Assembly: GCA_051313645.2 (NCBI GenBank)
Contig: JBNRSN020000016.1
Span: 58,776,001 to 58,840,000, forward strand
Reading direction: 5' to 3'
Length of the DNA stretch: 64,000 nucleotides
From: Centroscyllium fabricii
Lineage: Eukaryota
Shown here piece by piece: positions 10,984 to 23,218 of the stretch (positions within the stretch are counted from its first letter, which is position 1; every line of letters begins with the position of its first letter). Position numbers and translations under genes: made by a program. The notes under the pieces are model-generated. The model saw only the letters and a list, made by a program, of their open reading frames with translations, had not been told where the DNA came from and did not search any database.

Positions 10984-12786
10984 CATAGAAACATAGAAAC
11001 ATAGAAAATAGGTGCAGGAGTAGACCATTCGGTCCGTCGAGCCTGCACCGCCATTCAATACGTTCATGGCTGAACACAAGAACACAACACAATAGCACAA
11101 GAACAGAAGACACAAGAACACAGGAACACAAGAACACTAGAACCCCAGAAATAGGAGCAGGAGTAGGCCATCGGCCCCCCGAACCCGCCCCCTCCCCATC
11201 AAGATCGTTGCTGATCCTACCTAACCTTCGTACCACTATCACCCTTCTCCCACCCAAAGAACCGTGTGATCTCCTGGGAGAGGCGAAAAACCGGATAAAA
11301 ACCCAGGTCCAATTTGGGAAAATAAATCCGGGAAATTCCTCTCCGACCCCAGTCCAGGCGATCGAAACTTGTCCAGGAGATCACTCAGGTCTTACTATAC
11401 TAACCATAACTCAGGTCCACTTCCCTGCCCGCTCCCCGTAACCCTTAATTCCCTTGTCAGCTAAAAAACAGTCTATTTCGGTTTTAAATTTATTTAATGT
11501 TCCCGCTTCCACAGCTCCCTGGGGCAGTGAATTCCATAGATTAACCACCCTCTGGGTGAAGAAGTTTCTCCTCATCTCGGTTTTAAAAGAGCCCCCCCTT
11601 ATTCTAAGACTATGCCCCCTAGTTCTGGTCTCCCCGATCATTGGAAACATCCTTGGCGCATCCACCCGATCAAGGCCCCTCACGATCTTATACGTTTCAA
11701 TAAGATCGCCTCTCATTCTTCTGAACTCTAAAGAGTAGAGTCCCAACCTACTTAACCTTTCCTCATATGTCAACCCCCTCATCGCTGGAATTAACCGTGT
11801 AAACCTTCTCTGCACTGCCTCCAGGGCAAGTACATCCTTTCTTAAGTATGGACACCAAAACTGCACACAGTATTCCAAATGCGGTCTCACCAATACTGTG
11901 TACAGCTGCAGCAAGACCTCCCTGTTTTTATACTCTATCCCCCTAGCAATAAAGGCTAAGACTCCATTGGCCTTCCTAATCACTTGCTGCACCTGCATAC
12001 TAACTTTTTGTGATTCATGCACTAATACCCCCAGGTCCCTTTGCGCTGTATTACAACGCAGCTCCTCCCCATTTAGAAAATAACTTGCCCTATGATTTTT
12101 TTTTCCAAAGTGTATAACTTCACATTTGTCAGTATTAAATTTCATCTGCCAGGTTGCTGCCCAATCACCTAGCTTATCTATATCCTTTTGCAGGCTTTTT
12201 CTGTCCTCCTCACTCCCTGCTTTTCCTCCCATTTTTGTGTCATCTGCAAACTTTGATATATTACACTTGGTCCCCTCCTCCAAATCATTTATATAGATTG
12301 TAAACAGCTGGGGTCCCAGCACCGACCCCTGCGGAACACCGCTAGTCACCGATTGCCATCCCGAGTATGAACCATTTATCCCAACTCTCTGCTTCCTGTT
12401 TGAAAGCCAATCCTCTACCCATGCTAATATATTTCCCCCAATCCCATAATTTTTATTTTAAGCAAAAGTCTCTTATGTGGCACCTTGTCAAAAGCCTTTT
12501 GGAAGTCCAAGTATACCACATCCATCGGTTCCCCTTTATCGACCCGAGATGTTACTTCCTCAAAGAATTCGAGCAAATTAGTTAAACATGACTTCCCCTT
12601 CGTAAAACCATGCTGACTCTGTCCGATTAAGTCATGTTTATCCAAGTGCCCCGTCAGTGTTTCTTTAATAATGGTCTCTAACATTTTACCCACCACAGAT
12701 GTTAGACTAACCGGTCTATAGTTACCAGCCTTCTGTCTACTTCCCTTTTTAAATATAGGTGTTACATTAGCCATTTTCCAATCCAC
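10984..12786 (-). mobile_element. 5'-truncated CR1 inserted in the Gypsy RT, with a doubled 3' tail
   Basis: CR1 RT motifs (DWKMANVTPIFKKG ... ERAGKWT), 3'UTR, TTCTTGTG-type tail followed by a second tail ending (TTTCTATG)n. Confidence 0.93.
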
Positions 12787-14619
12787 CGAGACCCCGTTTG
12801 TGACGCCAAACGGCACCCTAAGGAAGTGGTAGAGGCGACCGTCAGCCTCAAAGGCTGTATAAAGACGGTCCTCTGGGCGGATGGGAAGCTGGTGATAAGC
12901 CGATTTTAAATCTATTGTGGAGTACACTTTAAATTGGGCAATTTGGTTCACCATGTCTGCTATCCGGGGGAGGGGGGAGGCATCTAGTTGGGTGAACCGG
13001 TTTATGGTCTGGCTGTAATCCACTACCATCCTATTCTTCTCTCCGGTTTTTACTACCACTACCTGTGCTCTCCAGGGGCTATTACTGGCCTCTATGACCC
13101 CCTCTTTTAGGAGGCGCTGCACCTCAGATTTTATAAATACCATGTCCCCAGCACTGTAGCACCTACTTTTGGTGGCGACGGGCTTACAGTCTGGGGTGAG
13201 GTTGGCAAAGAGAGATGGAGGGGCAACCTTAAGGGTTGAGAGGCCACAGGTAGTGTACTGGGGGTACCGCCTTGAGCCGCGGTTTCTGACCGTGAGTGAG
13301 GGAAGGGGTCTGCCAAATGCCATAGTAACGCTCTGAAGGTGGCACTGGAAGTCCAGTCCCAGGAGTAGGGGGGCGCAGAGCTGCGGCAGCACGTAAAAAC
13401 TAAAGTCATTAAACATTGCGCCCTGTACTTTAAGCGTTACAATACAGCGCCCGGTGACGTCAGCGGATTCTGACTTGGACGCCATAGATATTCTCTGGCG
13501 CGCAGGGATTACTTTAAGGGAGAGGCGCTTTACGGTATTTCGGTGAACAAAACTTACTGTGCTCCCACTGTCGAACAGGCACACCACCTCTTCACCGTTA
13601 ACCGGCATCATCGATTTCTCCAGTGGTTGAATCTTCCTCTGGTCTAGGCTCGTCGATGCTAGCACAGGGTCCTCCGAGTTATCGTGATCCGGAGAATAGT
13701 CCTCCAAGTCTGCTCCCCAAAATGGCTGCCGCCATGTGTTGGGCTGTGGAGGCTGAGTCAAAGATGGCCGCTGTTGCTGCGGCTGCCACGAGGGCTGCTG
13801 AGTGGGGGATGGGTGAGTCCAATGTGGCTGCTCCCCTGTTCCACACGCAGCGCTGCCCAGTTTAGATTTAAAGTTAGTGTTTTTACAGACCTTTGAATAA
13901 TGTCCCTTCTGGTCGCATTTTGAGCAGGTCGCTTCTCTAGCAGGGCAGCTGCGTCTTGTGTGTTGAGGTTGCCCACAAAAGTAGCATCTAGCTTTAGCGT
14001 GGGCAGCGGTGAGTAGTTCTTCTGCCGGTCGTTGCGCCAGCGCTGTCCAAGCTTGCGGGGCTGGGCCCGTATAATTACTTGAATATGACGATAAGTCCGT
14101 TGATGCGCTATCCAGCGCGTGTCCCAAGTCTGTGGTCGCCTGTAAGTCCTGGCCGTTCTGCTCCAGCAGTCTCTGTCTGGCATAGTCCGATTTTAGACCA
14201 GTTACATAGGCGTCTCTGATGAGGCTCTCCATATGAACTTGAGCCGTTTGCGCTCTGCAGTCACAGTCCCGTGCCAGCACTCTGAGGGCTCTTAGGAACT
14301 GCACACTCAATTCGTTATTTTGCTGCTTTCTAGTAGCGAGTATGTGTCTCGCGTGGACTATGTTCGGTGCCCGCTTATATTCCGCCTCGAGGAGCCTGAT
14401 GGCCTCTTGGAACGATGGGGCGTCCACTGTCATGGAGTACACTTGAGGGCCCACCCGGGCGTTGAAGAGTCGCCGTTTTTGCTCCTCGGTTACTATGACC
14501 GCCGCGTTGGCTCTGATGTACCCTTCGAGCACGTTTCGCCAGTGTGAGAAGGCGTTTGCTGCTCCTGAAGATCGGGGGTCAACTTCGAACACTGCTGGTT
14601 TAATCATTGAGGTATCCAT
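12787..14619 (-). pseudogene. Gypsy gag-protease-RT 5' part
   Basis: ORF 12424-14619 begins MDTSMIKP, contains CYFCGQPQH / CSKCDQKGH knuckles, DSGS and RT motifs, then runs in frame into the inserted CR1. Confidence 0.9.
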
Positions 14620-14638
14620 TTCTAGTAGTCAATAAAAT

Positions 14639-14897
14639 TGTAACCTTCAATAACGTCCACGGAGTCGTGTAGTAGATTAGAACAATCAGGCTTTTATTGA
14701 CTACAGTAAGAATGCACACCAGCAAGCTGACTGTCCCCTAGAATGACATGGGGGATGGGGGCAGTCACTTATATACTCCCTCCAGCGGGGGAGGAGTTGT
14801 GGGCGGAGCCAGGTATGTTCCAGGTATCAGTGGAATGCATTACAGGTATGGGTTACATGGTGATTAACTATATACAGTGATATACACGTTTATCACA
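14639..14897 (-). repeat. Gypsy 5' LTR (259 bp)
   Basis: Direct repeat of 8489-8746. Confidence 0.95.
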
Positions 14898-17221
14898 CAC
14901 CCTATCTATTCCCCTCATAATTTTGTACACCTCAATCAGGTCTCCCCTCAGCCTCCTCTGCTCCAAGGAAAACAACCCCAGCCTCTTCAGTCTCTCTTCA
15001 TAGCTGAAGTTCACCAGCCCAGGCAGCATCCTGGTGAATCTCCTCTGCACCCTCTCCAAAGCTATTACATCCTTCCTATAGTGTGGCGACCAGAACTGCA
15101 CACAGTACTCCAGCTGTGGTCTTACCAGCGTTTTGTACAGCTCCATCATAACCTCCCTGCTCTTATATTCTATGCCTCGGCTAATGATGGCAAGTATCTT
15201 GTATGCCTTTTCAACCACCTTTTCCACCTGCCCTGCTGCCTTCAGGGACCTATGTACCTGCACACCAAGGTTCCTCTGTCCTCCCTTGCCATGTTAGACC
15301 TACTGAAATGCATCACCCTCACACTTTTCAGGATTAAATTCCTTTTGCCACTGTTCCTCCCATCTTACCAACTCATCTATGTCGTCCTGCATGTTGCGGA
15401 TTTCCTCCTCGTTATTTACCAACCCCCCAACTTTTGTGTCATCTGCAAACTTACTGATCATGCCTTTTACATTAATATCTAAATCATTTAATATAGACTA
15501 TAAAGAGCAAGGGACCCAACACCGATCCCTGCGGTACCCCACTGGACACAGGCTTCCAGTCACAAAAACAACCTTCGACCATCACCCTCCTGTCACTAAG
15601 CCAGTTTTGGATCCACTGTGCCAAGGTGCCCTGGATCCCATGGGCTCTTACCTTCTTGACCAGTCTCCTATGCGGGACCTTATCAAAAGCCTTACTAAAA
15701 TCCATGTATACCACATCCACTGCACTTCCCTCATCCACAACCTGGTCACCCCCTCAAAAAATTCAATAAAATTAGTCAGAAATGATCTTCCCTTGACGAA
15801 GCCATGTTGACTATCCTTAATTAATCCTTGCCTCTCCAAGTGGAGACTAATTCTGTCCCTCAGGATTTTTTCTAGTAATTTCCTCACCACTGATGTCAGG
15901 CTCACCGGCCTGTAATTCCCTGGTTTCTCCCTACTACCTTTCTTGAATAATGGCACTACATTGGCCATTCTCCAGTCCTCGGGCACATCCCCTGTGGCCA
16001 GAGAGGTTCTGAAAATTTGTGTCGGAGGCCCCTGCAATCTCTCCTTAGCCTCACCCAGCAGCCTGGGATACATCTCGTCAGGGCCTGGAGACTTATCCAC
16101 TTTTAAGCCTGCTGAAACAGCTTGTACCTCCTCCCCGTCAATACTAATATGATCAAGTGTATCGCATTCCTCCTGTCTTATTTCTATGTCCACATCGCCC
16201 TTCTCCACAGTGAACACAGATGCAAAAAATTCATTCAAAGCCCCATCTACACCCTCAGGCTCTACCAGATTACCACGTTGGTCCCTAATGGGCCCCACCC
16301 TTTCCCTCATTATCCTCTTGCCTTTCATATACTTATAAAACATCTTAGGATTTTGTTTTATTTTGCCGCCAGGGTTATCTCATGGCCCCCTCTTCCTCTC
16401 CTAATCTTTTTTAAGTAACCCCCTGCATCTTCTATACTCCTCTAGAGCCTCCTCTGTCTTTAGTTCTTTGTCTGCCGAAAGCCCCCCTTTTTTTCCAAAT
16501 CAATTCACATATATCCCTTGACATCCAAGGTTCCCTGGGCTTATTGGTCCCACCCTTGACCTTCAGGGGAACATGTTTCCCTTGTACTTTCTCAATTTCC
16601 CTTCTGAACGCCTCCCACTGTTCTGATGCGGACTTTCCTTTGAGTAGCTGGTCCCAGTCCACTTGGGCCAGCTCCTGCCTTATATTAAAATCGGCCTTGC
16701 CCCAATTTAGAACCTTTATTTCTGGTCCATCGTTGTCCTTTTCCTCACTGTCCCCAAAGTGCTCTGCTACTGACACTTTTCCCTTGCCCGTCCTCATTTC
16801 CCAGAATTAAGTCTAATACCACCGCCCCCTCCTTGTAGGACTACCTACATACTGGATCAAAAAAACTTCTTGTAGTAGAGGTTAAAATGTTAATTGGGAT
16901 AGATTTTGTAAACTCGGTAGGTGACTTTGCAGCAAGGAAAATGTTAGGTAATTCGCCTTCCACTGCAGTGAATTGTGGCTGTGAGCCATCAATAAACATA
17001 AGGAGTGAACAACTTCAATACTTAAAGCAAGAGAGAAATGCTGATTTTTCACTGCCTGCCTCTTTCCCCACCATAATTTCCCCTGGTGGTTCCATCAACA
17101 CTCTGAGTTTTTGCACAATGGCCATTCTTCATGTGAGCCTGGACAACAAAAACTACTTCAATTCATGGGAAACAATTCCAAGGCGCTGCTCCATTGGTAG
17201 GATCATGCATACAGTAGATGT

Positions 17222-17900
17222 CACAGTCATAACGGCACAGAAAGAGGCCATTCGGCCCCTCGAGTCTGCGCCGGCTCTCCAGAGCAATCCAGTCAGTCCC
17301 ATTCCCCCGCTCTATCCCCGTAGCCCAGCACATTTATTTCCCTCAAGTGCCTATCCAGTCTCCCTTGAAAATATTGAGTGTCTCCACTTCCACCACTTCC
17401 GTCAGCAGCGAGTTCCAGGTCCACACCACTTGCTGCGTAAAAAAGTTTTTCCTCACATCCCCCCCCCTGTATCTCTTGCCCAAAACCTTAAATCGCTGTC
17501 CCCTAGTCCTTGTACCATCAACTAGTGGGAACAGCCTTTCCCCACCAGTCATAATCTTGTACACCTCTACCAAATCACCCCTCAACCTGCTTTGCTCTAA
17601 TGAAAACAAATCCAGCTTCTCCAACCTGCCCTTGTAGCTAAGATCCCCCCATCCCCAGAACCATTCTGGTAAATCTCCTCTGCACCCTCTCAAGGCCCTT
17701 CACATCCTTCCTAAAGTGGGTGACCAGGATTGGACACAATATTCCAGTTGTGGCCTAATCAGTGCTTTAGAAAGATTCAGCATAACTTCTCTACTTTTGC
17801 ACTCAATACCTCTATTTATGAAACCCAAGATCCCCTATGCTTTGCTAACCAGTCTCTCAATATGTCCTGCCACCATCCGGGACCTATGCACATCAACTCC
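17222..17900 (-). mobile_element. Decayed CR1 3' fragment
   Basis: LFSLEQSRLRGDL and NFFTQQVV..WNSL motifs; CR1 tail. Confidence 0.8.
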
Positions 17901-19042
17901 CAGTTATCAGAAAATTGCAGGCAATTCCCCAATTCACGATTTTTCATTTTCTGAAATCAATTTGTGCCGGGTCACAGCCAATTTTGACCTTTACAGTGTT
18001 CCATATATCACAACAAAGAGGGCAATTGGGGAAGGAGGCTGAAGAGTTGGTAAAGATTTTGAAAGAAAGGAGGAGATAAGATGGAAAGATTTAGGAGAGG
18101 AGTTCCAGAGGGCAGGAGCAGGTAGCTGAGAGTGGCTAGCAACGGTAGGAGCATAGAGGGCGAAGCACAGAGGATGGGGAACAATGAGTAAACCCATTTC
18201 AGAGGAACTAAGGGTGAGTACGAATATATAACTGAGGGAGGTCACTGATGTGGTGAGACTAGAGTTTAAGGTAAGGACTAGGATTTTGAAACTAATAGGA
18301 ACAGCACTGAGAAGTGAGTACTGGGACTATAGAAGTGAAGGGTTTTGAGCAGATAAGGTTGTGGTTAATGGCATTTTGAATGAGTTGCATTTGATGGAGC
18401 AGTGTTGTCCAGTAGAAATTGCTGACTAGCCACAATGGTGGTTACGGTGACACCATTTTAGCCACACACCATTCAGTCACCAAGGAAGTAAACCACTCAA
18501 TAATCAATAAACACTAGCACACTGCGTTTTATCTTACAAAAATCATACAAAAAGATTAAAGTACATGTGCATCAAGGGGTATGGGAAGAGAGCAGAATAT
18601 GCTATTGAGATAGAGGATCAGCCATTGAATGGCGGAGCAGGCTCGAAGGGCCGAATGGAATATGAGTATTGAAATCATATGCCCAATGACTGTCCATTAC
18701 TCATTTTTTAAATTTACTAATCAGACATGCAGTTAGCCAAATCTGGATTCCCAATGAATCAGAGGTGGCAAGTGGCATGCAGGTTAGGTGAATTAGAAAT
18801 ACTAAAATAAATTGCCCATTAGTATGTGTGTGAGATATAGTTCTTGGAGTTGGGGAACTTGGGGGTGTCGGGGGATATGGGGTAGGAGAGAGGGTGCTGG
18901 GTTTTCGATGATCAGCCATGATCTCATCGAATGGCGGAGCAGGCTCGAAGGGCCTACTCCTGCTCCTATCTTCTGTGTCTAACGTATTGGTCAAGACTGG
19001 AGGGTGGAGGGGGGAGGGAGGGGAGAGGGAGAGAGAGGGGAG

Positions 19043-19242
19043 NNNNNNNNNNNNNNNNNNNNNNNNNNNNNNNNNNNNNNNNNNNNNNNNNNNNNNNNNN
19101 NNNNNNNNNNNNNNNNNNNNNNNNNNNNNNNNNNNNNNNNNNNNNNNNNNNNNNNNNNNNNNNNNNNNNNNNNNNNNNNNNNNNNNNNNNNNNNNNNNNN
19201 NNNNNNNNNNNNNNNNNNNNNNNNNNNNNNNNNNNNNNNNNN
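19043..19242. other. Assembly gap (200 N)
   Basis: Run of N after a GA/G-rich simple repeat. Confidence 0.99.
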
Positions 19243-19383
19243 TATACACAATTAAGAGGGGACTGAGGATAAGTTTCTAGCAGGACTCACGGTTACATTA
19301 TATGAATGTTCGTCTGTGATAGCAAAAGAACAGCCACCTCTTTGGGAGCCTAATTTAGTTTCTGTTTTTTCTTCTGCCTGTAG

Positions 19384-19641
19384 GTGTGAAATTTGTGGTT
19401 TCCAGTGTAGACAGAGGGCATCCCTGAAATATCATATGACGAAGCACAAGGCAGAAGCTGAACTGGACTTTGCTTGTGACCAATGTGGAAGCGGTTTGAG
19501 AAGGCCCACAATTTGAATGTTCATATGTCCATGGTTCATCCCTTGACCCAGAACACAGATAAAAACAAACCAGCTGAGACTGTTGAAACAGAACCAAACC
19601 AACTAACCATGGAGACATTCATTGAGCAGGAACTCAGTTAA
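19384..19641 (+). CDS. ZNF276: ZNF276 terminal coding exon (two C2H2 fingers), with apparent 1-bp deletion at ~19489
   Basis: tgtag acceptor; CEICGFQCRQRASLKYHMTKH...FACDQCG, then (K)RFEKAHNLNVHMSMVHPLTQ in the shifted frame; TAA at 19639-19641. Confidence 0.9.
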
Positions 19642-20995
19642 TATTCAGCTCCTCAACTGCTCGCAGAGTCAAATGAATGGGATATATAAATTTGCACCTT
19701 TTGTCTTCAGTGTTAGCAAACTCTTCACCTGAACAGAGGATGATGAATCAGTGTGGCTTTTTGCTTATTTGGCAAGAAGCAAACAAAGGTTTAATCATGT
19801 GAAAATATTAAAGATACATCTCTATTACACTGCTTTCCTTTTAAATATGAAGCTTACTTGCATACCTATTCATCTTGGAAAAAATGTGCCAAATACTTCT
19901 AACGTGCTATGGGCTGAACTTATGAAACCTTGAAATGTATATTGATAAAGTCTTGTGTAGCGCATAAGCACTGCTAAACAGACAAGTATATGATGATTGA
20001 ATGGGATGGATGAAGACATTGTTGGTAATTATATTGAGTGATAGAGATTTACAGTGATCCAGCTTTAAATGCTTAATGAGAGTACGGAGGTAGTTCGGCT
20101 GATTGCTCCTGATGGCCCTTCAATGAATGCAATTTAAGCTTGAATAAAGACTATTTTCTTAGGTTACTGCATATTGGGGTTCTTCTGTTGTTTTGCAAAG
20201 TGGGTGGGAAGCCCTCAAATACACAACAATAACCAACAGTGAATTTTAAAAGGAGGAAGGAAGATTAAAAAAATCTCCTCCACTCTACTTGTTTTTGAAT
20301 GTGGACTCTTGTATCCAACATTACTAATCACAGTTGAATCTAAACTCTTCACAAATAAAGTAAATCATACAATTTTCATTTAGTTACTGGCCCATCAGCA
20401 CAACTCCATTGCATTTCAGAAAAGTTTAGGCATTCAGCCTTGTGCTACTTAGTTAGTGATTTCACATCTGCAGAAAACTTGCCGATTAGTGCAATGTCAG
20501 CAAAGATATTTCACCCATTTCTGTACAACAGTTTGCATTGTGCAACCTCGAGTGGTTGTGTATATGGAACTAATTTAGAGGTTACTTTTATATTTAATTC
20601 ATATGTCACAATACTACTGGGTAGTAATGAACATAATTTAATTTAATGCTGTTACATTCTAATGGGGATAATGACAAATGATCATTTCTAATGTAGGTAA
20701 TCTAACAACTGAAAATAAATTCTATAGAATAGTTTATTAGTGGACAAATTTGCAATATCTGGAAAATACAATTAGCAGTTCCTGACAGTACCTTCTGCAG
20801 CACTAAGTTTAACTACCTTATCTACCACGTCTAAAACAGAACTAGGCAGAAATTCTAGAAATCATGAAAATCTATGACTGTTTACAGTATAAGGTTCACC
20901 ATTTTGCAGTCACTTTGGGTAATTAAATATTTTGTTCATTTTAATTCAACATATAAATTTAAACAAAAGTAGTTCAATGGTTTAATTTAGGAAAG

Positions 20996-21410
20996 TCATA
21001 CGAGGAGAGGTTGAGGGAGCTGGGACTCTTCTCCCTGGAACGGAGAAGGAAGAGGGGGGACTTGATAGAGATGTTTAAAATGATGAAGGGGATCGATAGA
21101 GTAAACGTGCAAAGACTGTTTCCCCGGGCGGGAAGAACGTCAACAAGAGGACACGAGCACAAGATTCAAGGAGGAAGATTCAGAAAGGATGGCAGGGGCA
21201 GGTTCTTTACACAGAGAGTGGTCGGGGAATGGAATAGGCTACCATCTGAAATAGTGGATGCGGACAGTCTGGGTGCTTTTAAAAGGATGATAGACAGGTA
21301 CATGGAGGGGAAGGAATAGTAGGGGGGACAGGAAAAATCAGAGATGGACTAAGGGCGGCACTACATTGAGGGCCCAAGGGCCTGTACAGTGCTGTATGTT
21401 CTATGTTCTA
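20996..21410 (+). mobile_element. CR1 3' fragment between the two 3' ends
   Basis: LFSLERRRKRGDL, FFTQRVV; (TTCTATG)n tail. Confidence 0.85.
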
Positions 21411-22458
21411 TCTGCAATAGGTATGCTTAACATGTTGAACAAAGCCATGCCATTTTTTTAGCTAGTCAATCCAGCAACTCTGAAACTAAAGACCAAAAAT
21501 ATACATGATTGCTGCCTGTACAGTAACTAAAAACCATTACTGTAGGACAAAATCTGACTAACCAAAGTAACTGTGGACAGTACTCACCCGCTCAATGATG
21601 AGACTAATAGTTTTTACATTTATGATTAAAATGTGTTCAGTTCCTTGTTGCATGAAGTTTTAAAAATACCATTGTACTATATGTTGCAATTTTAAGTCCA
21701 CACCAGGAACTGAACCAGTACATAGTCAAACAGAAACACCAAAATCAGTTGTACAAAGGTAAAATTATCCTCAAGCCAGTTACTCTACCTCAGATTTTCA
21801 AAACTGGAGAAAATCAGATTCTGTTCATTAAATGACACAATGACCATTCTGCAGACTGCACTACCAGTTACTGCTGGAACCTTATCTTTCACTGACGTTT
21901 GTTATGCAATAGAGTGGTTGATGAAGTTGACTGCAGTCGCAAGATTGACTTTTAGCTTTACAGGAATAATGTGGCTGGAGCATTGAAACTGCGTTCCATA
22001 GTGTGTTCCATAGATGCAGTTAAAGAGGCAGTGTTTAATAAAGCAGCCACGTTTTAATGATTGGCTAATGTTATTGCACATAGTACTTTGAACAGGTTAT
22101 CTGCATATTTCAAAATAAGGCCACAATACGTTCCCTATTTTAATAAAGTTCCTTCAAGAAAATTCTGCAGTGCTTTTGTGTGTTCATTAAACTGAGAAAT
22201 CATGTAGAATGGCAAACTGATATTTTACCATTATTGGCAAATAATGCAAATCTAAAAGTGTTCAGTTTACAATCCAGAATCTACAAGGCAAGTTCTAGGC
22301 CTGTACTTGTTTTGTTCATCGCAGGCAGTAAACATTGAGAGCTTTTCACTTTTGTACAAATGCTGAAATATATATCCTCTTGGTGGTTACTCATTTTCAG
22401 CACCATGGGGAGCAACCAGGTAAACCTGCTAAATGTGTGTGTCCGTCAGTCTCATGCT

Positions 22459-22566
22459 TTATAGAATAGTGGGTTCAGAATAGAGTCCATCACCATTGCA
22501 GAGCTGCAGATGGTGGTCAAGTGCAGCTTTCAGCTCTGGGTCAATGTCCTTGCAAGCAGCCTGTAA
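22459..22566 (-). CDS. FANCA: FANCA terminal coding exon (~exon 43): LQAACKDIDPELKAALDHHLQLCNGDGLYSEPTIL*
   Basis: ctttag acceptor; resembles the recalled human C-terminus (DCDPEVSAAL...EPHLF); 108 nt with TAA. Confidence 0.85.
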   Translation of the reverse strand, partial: LQAACKDIDPELKAALDHHLQLCNGDGLYSEPTIL

Positions 22567-23218
22567 CTAAAGAAAGCAATTATTTTTCATTAAATCTTAC
22601 TGTTTGGTAAAGTGCATGTTATAAAAGGAATATGACTACCAGGTGCCAGCAAGAAAAATTAGGGTTAACAGTATTTTAACAATTATTCAGTCTTGCCTTT
22701 AATATACAGCAAAGCATCATACAATTTAGGCCAGTCGCTTTTAAATCTGCGGGGAAACCTCGTGCAAATATCAATATACTGCTAGTGATCCCTTGTCATG
22801 GCAGCAGCAGCAATAGCTACTACAGCCAGGGCCATCTGCCTCCTTCCAAAAACAGTAGCCAGAAGGTTCCCCAGTACCGAACCCTGGCCTGCAGCGGCTG
22901 TTGGGGAATGAGACTCTATCATTCCAGTCTTTGTTTGCGCTGTCTGTCCCTTTATACTGAACCAGAAGGGCTGGGGGGGGCCAAGAAACATACCCTCCAA
23001 CCTCCTGAAAAACAACTAGCCCTAGCTTTGTATCTGTTGCAGGTAGAGGCAATCCACCACCCCTTGGAAGTGCTGGAAATCTCAGGGAAACAAAGGTAGC
23101 AGAGACTCAGCGCCTCTACCCCCTTTTCCTCTGCTTTGTACCAGAGAAGTAAATGTTCACTCGGCATAAAATCAGCCCCGTAGTATGCTCACAAAACGAG
23201 GCATCTCAGTTTGAAATA

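Larger units (their letters stand above)
8489..14897 (-). mobile_element. Full-length Ty3/Gypsy LTR retrotransposon (gag-PR-RT-RH-IN), disrupted by a CR1
   Basis: TG...CA LTRs 8489-8746 and 14639-14897; 5-bp TSD CACCC; PPT next to the 3' LTR; two CCHC knuckles, protease LFDSGS, RT, RNase H SDAS, integrase HHCC and DDE. Confidence 0.96.
7762..16860 (-). mobile_element. Decayed CR1 LINE hosting a SINE (7853-8238) and a Gypsy provirus (8489-14897)
   Basis: Segments 7762-7852, 8240-8488 and 14898-16860 join into one CR1 collinear with the copy at 52493-53210; frameshifted ORF2 pieces (NYRPVSLTS, SGVPQGSVLGP). Confidence 0.88.

Noticed and set aside
12424-14619. 731-aa ORF as a novel natural LTR/LINE hybrid gene
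   Set aside because: Explained by a chance in-frame CR1 insertion into Gypsy pol; both halves are truncated
18701-19280. ORFs containing long X runs
   Set aside because: Artefacts of the 200-N gap
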